A DNA stretch of 13,403 nt, from contig JBHGNT010000955.1 of the NCBI GenBank assembly GCA_043228905.1, positions 1 to 13,403 of the forward strand, given 5' to 3'. Position numbers and translations under genes: made by a program. How positions within the stretch are numbered: position 1 is the stretch's first letter; each line of letters begins with the position of its first letter. Below are positions 1 to 8,581 of the stretch, piece after piece. The notes under the pieces were generated by a model, which did not search any database, had not been told where the DNA came from, and saw only the letters and a list, made by a program, of their open reading frames with translations. The stretch is from Azolla caroliniana (lineage: Eukaryota; Plantae; Polypodiophyta).

Positions 1-1011
1 AACAGCGCACATCCCATTCGGCACATCGGCAATGTCCCATTCGGAAAAGAAGGCGAGCAAACTTGCATCAAGAATGTCTTGCACGTGCCCACAATAACGA
101 AGAATTTGGTCTCGTTCGGCCAAATCGTGGAGCAAGGCATGCAAGTCCACTTTAACAACGACAGTTGTTTCATTGAGAAAGATGGCCGACTCATAGCCAA
201 GGGACGGAGAGACAGTCGAATGTTCATCCTCGATTCGAATGAGGTGAAATAGGCCATGTATGCCAAAGGTCTCAAAACCGAGACAAGCATCGAGTTGTGG
301 CACAAAAGAATCGGCCACATAAACCTCCAATGGCTTCGAGCAATGCAATCAAAGGGAATTGTCATCGGACTTTCGACATTCGAATTGAAACAAGTCGACC
401 GAGTATGTAAAGCATGCCAACTCGGCAAACAACATCGACTCCCATTCCCGAAGGAGAGCTATGAAAGCAAAGGCCTCCTCAACATCATATACTCGGATGG
501 ATGGGGACCGACTCAAACGCCGACGATCGGCGGATGCTGATTCTACGTCACCTTCATCGACGACTACTCGTGATGCATGTGGATCATCCCGATGAAGAAG
601 AAGAGCAAAGTGTTCTCCCACTTCCAAAAACTCAAGGGAGAAGTCAAAAAAGAAACTGGTCGGCACATTCGATGCCTACGATCGGATGGAGGCAAGAAGT
701 ACTTCTCCGATGAATTCACCTCCTACCTCCAAAGTGAAGGCATTCGGAGAGAATTCTCATGCTGACACACATCCTAAAAAAATGGAGTCGCCGAAAGGAA
801 GAATCGGCAAATAATCGAGGTAGTACGTGCCATGTTACATGAGAAGCACATCCACGGCTGAAGCGGCATCCACAACCGTCTATCTCATGAATCGATGCAC
901 TACTAATGGAGTGCATGAGCTCTACAGAAGTGGCTCGTAACCCAAGATGGATGAAAGTAGTCGGCCTTCGCCCACACACTACAAGCCTTCGCCACCGGCT
1001 TGAGGGGGAGG
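1..1011 (+). pseudogene. pol: Copia pol pseudogene (protease C-terminus, GAG-pre-integrase, rve integrase; RT/RNase H missing)
   Basis: Frame 1 reads IKNVLHVPTITKNLVSFGQI...LWHKRIGHIN...CKACQLGKQHRLPF...SDGWGP...FYVTFIDDYS*...LRSDGG...HTS*KNGVAERKNR (HHCC plus DDE). Stops at 250, 538, 571, 763, 775. Frameshift near 855, then AEAASTTVYLMNRC and a short EVARNPRWMK piece. Confidence 0.93.
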
Positions 1012-1018
1012 AACCGAG

Positions 1019-1170
1019 ATTGCCACAGAAAGGCTGAAGAAAGCTAAAGGCCGGCCAAAAGCCATGACCAAACTGGATGTTGGATGCCTCACATTTATTG
1101 CCACGGAAAGGCTGAAGAAAGCCGAAGGCCGGAGCACACGACCAAACCGAATGTCATACGCCTCACACTT
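1019..1170 (+). repeat. Two tandem ~74-78 bp units in the copia 3' UTR
   Basis: ATTGCCAC(A/G)GAAAGGCTGAAGAAAGC(TA/CG)AAGGCCGG at 1019 and 1097; ACCAAAC(TGG/CGA)ATGT at 1067 and 1141; GCCTCACA in both units. Confidence 0.85.
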
Positions 1171-1174
1171 GAGC

Positions 1175-1625
1175 TTGAGATATATCAAGCTCAACTTAGA
1201 TTAGTTGTTTAGTAAACGCACGTAACTTAATAGTTACCTAGATAAAATCTAGCCAGAAGTGTTGACCTTAAACCCTTAAATAGGATTTCATTCTTGTACG
1301 TAAGTGGGGATACATTCAAGATCCTCCACTACCAAGTATATTGAATATAGGACTTACATCCTTGTACCTATATTCTACTCACACATGTGCATCGCTGCAC
1401 ATGAGTTGTATATGTACCTCATTGTGGGAATTTTTGTATTTGATGACGATGATGCTAATTTAATATATAGAGTTAATCATCCCCCATCTTGTGTTGTTCA
1501 TAAGTGTAACTTCCTCTTTCTCTTCCTCTCACACAAATACACACACATATCACTTAATCTTCTGCTTAGCTTAATCACATAATTATGTACTAATTAACCC
1601 ACAGTTAATTACCTAATTCTTAACA
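1175..1625 (+). repeat. Putative copia 3' LTR (~450 bp, 5' end damaged)
   Basis: AT-rich; TAAATAGG near 1277; ends TCTTAACA, whose reverse complement TGTTAAGA resembles [TG]TTGAGA at 1175. The partner LTR is not in the window. Confidence 0.6.
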
Positions 1626-1639
1626 ACTGGTTTCTAACA

Positions 1640-1656
1640 CCACCCTGACTCCCCCT
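1640..1656 (-). promoter_or_regulatory. Putative polypurine tract of the Gypsy element
   Basis: Minus strand AGGGGGAGTCAGGGTGG directly followed by TGTTAG. Confidence 0.6.
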
Positions 1657-3090
1657 ACTACAGAAAGGTTCTTGCTTGCTTTCTTCTCTTTTGTTCTAGC
1701 TCTACTCATTTCGGCCGCCAGTATGTGTATTAAACCACCTCTTCCCCCATGACCACGGGGCTGATCCGCCTTCCTGTATAGCATCTGGCTATCAACATGT
1801 GTGCTTCTCGACGCACCTGCAATTGGGTCAAGGAATCGTGTTGCGTGAGAGACTAGTGGTGCGAGTGGTGGTTAGATCGTTTACGACAATTGATATTGAC
1901 ACTCCGAGAATCAACTACAACCGATGGGTAGTTAACATCCTATATACCGAACATATGTAGGAAAAGATAAATCAAATTGAGACAGACACAAAGATGACCC
2001 ACAAAGTATATATGTATTTGACTCCGACTCATCCCGTTTGAGGTCGGCCAAGAGATTGACCCTTTGCTCTTGTTCTTCCCTTATCTCATTTTCCAAGATG
2101 GTCTTGTGTGATGGTTTGGCCATCACTACCTCTTGTTCATTTGGCTGGTGATTCGTCTCCTCCTGTAGTAATTTTTTGATTGCCTCGCTATGGGTCTAGG
2201 TGAGAGAGGCGATTTGCTCTGTCAAGTCTTTTCGGAGCATTAGGACTCTACTTTTGTCCAGCTTGAAATATCCACGACCCTCTTTTTGTTGATTGTCGTG
2301 GTTGGCCCAAAAAATTTGCAATTCGATTGCTTGTGCTGACCACATGTTCCATCCTCTAGAGAGGGTAAGTAACCTGGGAGTACAATCATAGTCGGTGTTT
2401 GAAGATTAGAACTTTAATCTGCGTTTTTTCCATCTCGCTCTTCACTTGGCATTCCTGTAAGTCGCTTTCAAATCTGGCGTGTTGAGCGTACATCTCCTCC
2501 ATTTGAGCTCACATTGTATTGACTTGGGCGGTGTAGTAAGCATGTTCAACCTTGAGTTGGCGTACTAGCTCATGCTCTGCCTGTTCGATGGCGTGGAGTT
2601 CCTGACGATACCTTGCCATTTTGTCACGTTATAGCCGATCATGGATTCAAAGGTCAAGCAGCTATTGGTGAAATTTGTTGAATTCGATCACCAGTATGTC
2701 GTTCTTTGTCTCTAGTTTCTCGTATCTCTTCTAGGCATCCTAGAGGGCCTCCTTATGAGTGACGATTGTATCTTGCAACGATTGTTGAAAGACGGCTTGA
2801 ACTGTCTTTATGACACCTGCCATTCGGTCAGTGAGAGCCCGCAAGACTGTGGTATGCACTTCCTCTTTAGCACGCAGGGCTTGTTCCGTATTTCGTTGTT
2901 GCTTGTGTAGGCGTTCTGCTCCTTGCACCTCCGATGCTACATGGCTTTAGTGAACTGCAAGATTGTGTTGAATTGTGTTGAATTGTGTTTGCAATTCAAC
3001 CTCTTGGTGTTAAGCCGTTTGGAGGGTTGTGTCGGGATCGTAATCGGCTACAACCAGTTCCTCGTATATATGTTCGGGTGCAAAGAATTG

Positions 3091-3596
3091 AGAGAGATAG
3101 TACTTAGACGAGAAAATGAAAAACATAAGACTGAAAATGAGAAGATACAGAGACACAAGATCTTTTACATGGAAAACCCGAAAGGAAAAAACCACAGGGG
3201 TCAACAAACCCTAAGAAACAGAATCACTATAATTGAGAGGAAATACAATAGTGAGAATCTTAAAGCAACGACCTATGAGTTCTCCTTTGTCAGCTGGACG
3301 ACTGAAGAGTTTCTAATCTCACTCCCTCTCTCTCCCTCTCTCTTACTAGTTACACAGGCCACTACTCATAGTAACTACTTACAACTATAATGAGTCAACT
3401 ACACATAAATTTTTCCCTAGTTGTATTTATAAATACACAACTTTCTGGCTATTGACATACATATCCCACAAAGGCACATTTAGACTATTTACATATATGG
3501 TCTCCCGATTTCGGTTTCGACCTCGGCCGAAACACTCATAGACTCCATCTGATTTTGTTCATTCTCTTCCCATCAAGAAGGACCGGTTTCTCAACA
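3091..3596 (-). mobile_element. Solo LTR (copia-like) inserted in the extra ORF
   Basis: Minus strand starts TGTTGAGAAA at 3596; TATAAATA at ~3424-3435; CT-rich tract; U5-type CCCCTGTGGTTTTTTCC. Flanks AATTG (3086-3090) and AGTTG (3597-3601) are a 4/5 TSD. Coding-like host sequence stops and resumes at these points. Confidence 0.75.
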
Positions 3597-3735
3597 AGTT
3601 GCTCGGAGGTGCTTGAGTTCGGCAAGGACCTCAATGTAATGTTCTTTTGCCTTTGTGGCCATCACTGTTTGCACGGCTAGGTCCTCAGTAGGGACTATTA
3701 TGTCGACAGTTGTGGGGCGTGGAGTGGTTGCCACC

Positions 3736-3990
3736 GGTAACGGAGTTTCGGTCTAGGGAAGGAGGGTAACCGAGGTGGGTTCGGCGACGATGGATTCGGG
3801 GAGGGGGTAGAGGCGTGGTAATATCTGGTAGCAGAGTTTTGGCTTGGGGAAGGAGGGTAGCCGAGGTGGGCTTGACGACGACAGACTTGGGGAGGGGTAG
3901 AGGCATGGTAACCTTTGGTAGCTGAGTTTTGGCTTGGGGAAGGCCGGTAGCGGAGGTGGGTTTGGCGACGACTAAATCTGGGAAGGGCAT
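3736..3990 (-). repeat. ~2.8 copies of a 90-bp coding tandem repeat (30 aa, Pro/Thr/Val-rich)
   Basis: Units start at 3736, 3827 and 3917 (91 and 90 bp; the extra G in a G-run shifts the frame). Peptide LPQAKTQLPKVTMPLPLPKSVVVKPTSATL. Confidence 0.92.
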
Positions 3991-5230
3991 AGATGTATTG
4001 TGGCCTGAAGTGGGGAGCGCGGGTTGTTCAGCCTGGCCATTCTCTTCGCTTGCTCCGACCTGACGCTGAAACTTGTTATTTTTTCCTTCGGAAGCCTACC
4101 AAAGCTCCGTTTGCATCTTGGCCTACTTGTGCGCCTCTTTGCTACTGATAGCCATATCTTTGGCCATGCGGGTCCTGTGGATCAATTCCTTGTAAGCTTC
4201 TATCAAAGCCCAACTTGGGTAGTTCGATGAGGAGGTGGTTACTCCTCTTTTGCCATTTTCAGCCGATTTTCTATAGAGCCATGTCCTTGTCCGATTCAAG
4301 CTCTCCTGCGATGGCCCGCTGAACCATCTGCCTATTGGCATGCTCTTCGGCCATGCATGTGACGACTACTACTTGGAGTCGAGTGAGGAAGTCGATGAGC
4401 TCGTATGAAGTGCCGTTCCGCAAAATGCCTCCTAGCTGGAAAGCTTCGACTGGTAGATTTGGGAAAGCCATCACTTCATTGTCTGAAATTCGAGAGGCTT
4501 GGCCCTGTTCTACATTCCCTGTCAAGGATAGAGCCTCGTCCTTGGCAACGGCTATGGTCTTATTGGGGACGACGACGATCTGCAATTATCCTCACTACGC
4601 CTTTGTAGCCGGCGACGCTTCTTAACGAGGCTCGGTTGTGTGAACGCCTTTTGTGTGTTTGCTGAATCTTTTCTTGGCTATTTAGGTCGATCTCAAGAGG
4701 GTTGTGTCTTGTTTTCGACCAAAGGTTTCTTGGTCTCCTCCTAGAGTTCCTATTGAGGGCTATGCTAGGTTTGTTAGGGCTTTGCCATTGGGATTGACCA
4801 CATCTCCAAAAAAGCGTTCGGCCCGCCCTGTGTGCGATAGGCCTTGGCCAAGACGGAGTAATCCCCGAAATGGGCTTCAAGGACATGTTGGGGTGGAACC
4901 TCGATATCGTGATGGCCCCTTTGTTTCAGACCCAACACCGACCATATCTGGTCACTTGTGATGGTGTCGGGGTGCAACCACAAGCCGATTTCTTGGGCGT
5001 CAAGGTGGGGCGGTGTGTCTGTAAATCTCAAGTATCCAACTAGGTTGTGCATGCTCAGCCAGGTCTAGAGCTACATGGAGACTTCAAGCGACATGTTGGG
5101 CTCGGGAGATTGAGAGTAAGGAATAGAGAGGAAGGTTCTCTATAAAGAGCGAGAAGGTCAAGAGCTCAAGGAGAAAGCTTGAAGGCTAAGTGCTTCTATG
5201 TGTAAGTGAATGCTAGGCCTATGTAGAACT

Positions 5231-5241
5231 GCTTTTTATAG
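5231..5241 (-). promoter_or_regulatory. Candidate internal TATA box for the extra ORF
   Basis: CTATAAAAAGC on the minus strand ~140 bp upstream of ATG 5094, followed by a CT-rich leader (~5105-5180). Confidence 0.4.
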
Positions 5242-5441
5242 ATGATGTTGTTCTCGATGTGCGGCCTTGTGCCCTAGATTCAAAATCTTCCCTGTCATTC
5301 CTTCCATTAATTCCATGCGTCGGAAATTATCTGTACTTTCTTTTCCTTGCTAGGTGTGCATGCTCTTTAATACTCAAATTAGTGGGCCTTTTTTTCGCAC
5401 TTAATATACAATGAATGTACATATTCGGATAGGTGGGGTGG

Positions 5442-6360
5442 TTACCGTAATTGGGGCGACGTGCCCCCGTCAGCTGCGGTGTCACCTACCTCGGGCTGAC
5501 CGTGGTCGTGTAATTTGTCCGAAAATGGGTTGGTTCGAGTATGGCAGAGGTATAGCTTCAATCAGAACCCGTTGACCCATTTCAACATGATTTCTCCAGC
5601 TAATGTCTCGAGTTGAAAGGTGTCGTTTAACTTGTCGATAATCTAGAACGGACTTGTCCCTCAAAACCGGAGCATCCCCGGAATTGAGCCGAGCCGAGTT
5701 TGAAAAGCCAAAACTACCTTGCCGATTTCAAATAATTTCTCGTTCCCTTTTCAATGAAGATCGACAAGCACTTTATGCCACAATTGACTGTGCTCCAGAT
5801 AGTTTATACTAGCAAGCCGATCTTCTCCAAGTTCGAGTAGTTGTTTGAGTTGTTTCTGTTCTGACTCGGTTTTGGGGAGTCGTTCCGAAATCTGCACACG
5901 TAAGCTTGCACTTGGAATTCTATCGGCAAGAAGGCTTCTAATCCGAATGCCAACCGAAAAAGCGTGAACTTAATTCTAGTCTTGAATGTAGTGTGATAAG
6001 CCCAAAGCATGTTGTGCAGCTTGTCATCCTAGCCGCAAAAACACCCCACTCAGTCACGAATGTTGTCTTTTCTTGGTCCTCGGGGTGGATTCAAATCTGA
6101 TTGTATCCACTGAACCCATCCAAAAAGTTGTACCTCTCGTGGCTTGCCACTACGTCCAATACGTCATCCGTAAAAGCACTTGGGAAAATGCGTTAGTAAT
6201 TGTTTCTGCATTCAATTTCCGATAATCGACATACACCCGAATTTTTCCATTTGTCTTCGGAACGATGATGATTGGGCTAAGCCACGTGACACGTTTTACG
6301 GGCCGAATGAACCCAACTCGGGGGAGTTTATCAATTTCTTCTTTGACCTTCGCCACTATC
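5442..6360 (-). pseudogene. pol: Gypsy pol remnant: RT N-terminus fused by deletion to integrase C-terminus (GPY/F)
   Basis: KVKEEIDKL...WLSPIIIVPKTNGKIRVYVDYRKLN...FLDGFSGYNQI*IHPEDQEKTTFVTEWGVF, junction at ~6030-6035, then DDKLHNMLWAYHTTFKT...FRLAFGLEAFLPIEF...LRF*GTSPF*II...VNGF*LKLY, stop at 5444-5442. No chromodomain seen. Confidence 0.92.
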
Positions 6361-6364
6361 GGGA

Positions 6365-6925
6365 TGTGGTGTGTTTAGTGCGACAAAAAGTGAAAAAGTG
6401 AGGATACACACATATTTTACAAATACTTGTGTAAATGAAAATAAATCAATAATAAATAAACATAGGGCCTAATGACATTGAGTACGTATAAAGGGGTGCA
6501 AGTATTGTCTCTTACCTTACACCTCCAAGGTAAGAGACAATAAACATAGGGCCTATTGACATTTGAACCTTACACCTCCAAGGTAAGAGACAATTGATTT
6601 TGTATATTTTCTTATCATATTCAGTATTCCATAGGAAACAAACGTATAAAAATGTCACAATCATGGAGAGACCTATAAAAGCCTCTAGTTGGGCTTGTGT
6701 AAGGGGGGTTTCAATTTGGAGATCATCATCATCAATCATATAGTATTCTTCTTATTCTTCTTCTCAAATATAAAAATCTTTGTTCTTTTCAAGTGTGACA
6801 TTGGTTTCCTTGACTCTTATGTTCACATCGTCATCTTTTGGAGAAATTTGTGAACGTCCTCCCTAGTCCAAGACCCCGGTGGTCCCGCTCAACGAAAGCA
6901 CAACTGCGCGCGAATCTTCACAACA
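6365..6925 (+). repeat. E1 5' LTR
   Basis: TGTGGTG...CACAACA imperfect inverted termini; CCTATAAAAG at 6672-6681; shared U5 motif at 6859-6886; PBS follows. Ends could be shifted by 3 bp. Confidence 0.75.
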
Positions 6926-6930
6926 TCATT

Positions 6931-6948
6931 TGGTGAACCCGGCATGAA
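6931..6948 (+). promoter_or_regulatory. Primer binding site, tRNA-Trp
   Basis: TGGTGAACCCGGCATGAA is 16/18 to TGGTGAACCCGACGTGAA, the complement of the plant tRNA-Trp 3' end as recalled from memory. Confidence 0.8.
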
Positions 6949-6963
6949 GAGAGGTAGGGGAGG

Positions 6964-8390
6964 ATGAAGCTGAACGAAGAATATCTCATGAAAGCAATGT
7001 CAAAAACGATAGAATTTTCAAGAAAAGGGAAAAGAGGAGATGCGACCCAACAATCCGTCGACAGTGTGCTCAGTGAATCAGATAATTCCATGGGGGTGAA
7101 GTGCAAAATTTTGTAAGGGCCTACAATGCCGAGATGGATTCGAGAGATGTGAACGAAGCAATGAGGCTGGAGTACTTTTGTCGAGCGTCAAAAAGCTCAT
7201 GATTCATGGGTGTCCTTCAAAGAAGCTTTACAAGAGGCATATGGTTATGAAGAGTCGAAGGGACGAGGTCTATACGATGAAGACCCACCAGAGTGCTATG
7301 CATGCATTCGTTGAGTTTGAGTGTCGCTTTGCTCAACTCTCGGAGTAGGATCAAGGATTGGTGAAGGCAAATAAAGTCTTAATGTTTGTAAAGTCGATTT
7401 ATCGGAAGGAAAGGAAGGCCATTGGAATCCAACTCGAGGATGACGATGGTCTGAATGGCCTCACCGAAAATTGGGCCGAAGTGAAAAGCGTATGCCAACG
7501 ACATGTTAAAGGAAGATGGGAATCTTGTCGACAATGTCACTGTCCATGAGGGATGATCAAAGGAGGATAAGATGTGGCAACACTACACCACCGAAGGAAG
7601 AGAGCTCAAAGAGGGAAAATTCAACGACACTGAACATAGAAGCCTTAATGAGAGAAGCATTTGAGAACATAAAGGTGCAAGTCGAGGTTGAAGATAAGCT
7701 TAAAATGGAGCCAAATTGGAGGTAAATGATGATTGAGGAAGAAGAGACCTCCCAACAAACGGGGATTAATGATGCGGTTGATATGACGGCCAAGGTTTAG
7801 TGCGATAGTATGACGTAGAAGGTGTGGAACACTCCATCTTCTCATCTTGTGGAGAAACGATGGCCAAGGATGAGGCCGATGACTCGAGGATGGTGAATGC
7901 CACTTCAAGGGAGGACAAATGTTTCGGACCACACATCGTGTTTAAAACATTGGGTGATGAAGGAGCAAGCCTAATAGAAGCTGAAATGATGAAGGAGGAT
8001 AAAGAGTACGAGGACGGCGTGATTGAGGAGGTAACCACGAAAAACGACATCAAGGAGGTGGCAATGGACAACACAGCAAAGGAGATCGACCAAAGGCATA
8101 TGGAATCCTCCACACTTGTTCCATAGACTTGGGCAGTTGCGTCTGAGAAACAACATGATACCCAAGAGATGGAAGGTGGCGACGAGGAAGCGAAGATGAG
8201 AGCTGATGCACGTGACAAGGACATAGCCATGGACAACGACATTGAGTCTAAGGAGTTAGAGATGGCTATGAATGTTGGGAAATAGGTTCCTCTGGATGGG
8301 AAGAGAAGAACCGATTTGGTGAGTAACTCGGCCAAGGCCAAAACCGAAATCAAGGACACAAGGGTAATTCGACCGAGGCCGAAATTGAAA
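6964..8390 (+). pseudogene. gag: E1 gag-like pseudogene with acidic tail
   Basis: ATG at 6964; FHGGEVQNFVRAYNAEM...SFKEALQEAYGYE...AFVEFECRFAQLSE*...VLMFVKSIYRKERKAIGIQLEDDDGLNGLTENWAEV, colinear with the E3 ORF. Several stops, frameshifts and deletions. Confidence 0.75.
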
Positions 8391-8581
8391 TAAAAACCGG
8401 CATTGAAATTGAAATTTATTCGGAAGACTATAATTGTAAATAGTCTAAAATGCCTCTTGGGGGCTATACATGTAAATAGCCAGAAAGTTGCTTTTGTTTA
8501 TAAGCAACTAGGGAAAACTTTAGTAAATAGTAGTTGATCATTATTGAAAAGTTAGAACGAGGTAGTTGCCTTTGTAATCGT

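Larger units (their letters stand above)
1..1625 (+). mobile_element. Ty1/copia LTR retrotransposon, decayed 3' portion (5' part outside window)
   Basis: Copia domain order (protease C-terminus, then integrase, then RT linker remnant), pol-end 'LRGR' near 1000-1011, a 3' UTR, and an LTR-like segment ending TCTTAACA at 1625. Confidence 0.9.
2020..5094 (-). pseudogene. Decayed extra ORF 3' of Gypsy pol (about 850 codons after removing the solo LTR); unknown function, coiled-coil C-terminal half
   Basis: Begins MSLEVSM*L*TWLSMHNLVGYLRF (ATG at 5094, in frame with track ORF 4774..5052). Track ORFs 4271..4585, 4123..4341, 3685..3990, 2740..2928 and 1932..2126 are colinear pieces. 3085-2340 stays in one E/Q/K/L-rich frame through 10 stops. 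The 3' end is approximate. Confidence 0.7.
1626..6364 (-). mobile_element. Ty3/gypsy non-chromovirus (Athila/Tat-like) element, decayed; 5' part displaced or missing
   Basis: On the minus strand: RT then integrase fragments (6360-5442), an extra ORF (5094 to ~2020), a purine tract (1656-1640), then TGTTAGAAACCAGT (1639-1626) as the start of the 3' LTR. Confidence 0.8.
6365..8581 (+). mobile_element. E1: decayed gag-bearing LTR element, interrupted at 8582
   Basis: LTR, Trp PBS and gag-like pseudogene homologous to E3. No pol motif before the interruption and no matching 3' LTR in the window. Confidence 0.78.

Noticed and set aside
1304-1582. 92-aa ORF (also 6512..6739, 8761..9042, 8968..9207, 10021..10392)
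   Set aside because: All lie mostly or wholly within LTR sequence and have no recognisable protein motif.
2923-3390. 155-aa plus-strand ORF
   Set aside because: It spans the junction between the host ORF and the solo LTR, antisense to both.
2020-5094. Retroviral-type env, or a host myosin/SMC-like gene
   Set aside because: No signal peptide or transmembrane helix is visible, there are no introns or motor/ATPase motifs, and it lies between pol and the PPT.
6455-6594. CRISPR array or intrinsic terminator
   Set aside because: Only two overlapping repeat copies, no unique spacers, no cas genes, and a eukaryotic LTR context.
7557-8359. Ser-rich minus-strand ORFs (also those in 11454-13229)
   Set aside because: They are antisense shadows of the GA-rich gag strand.
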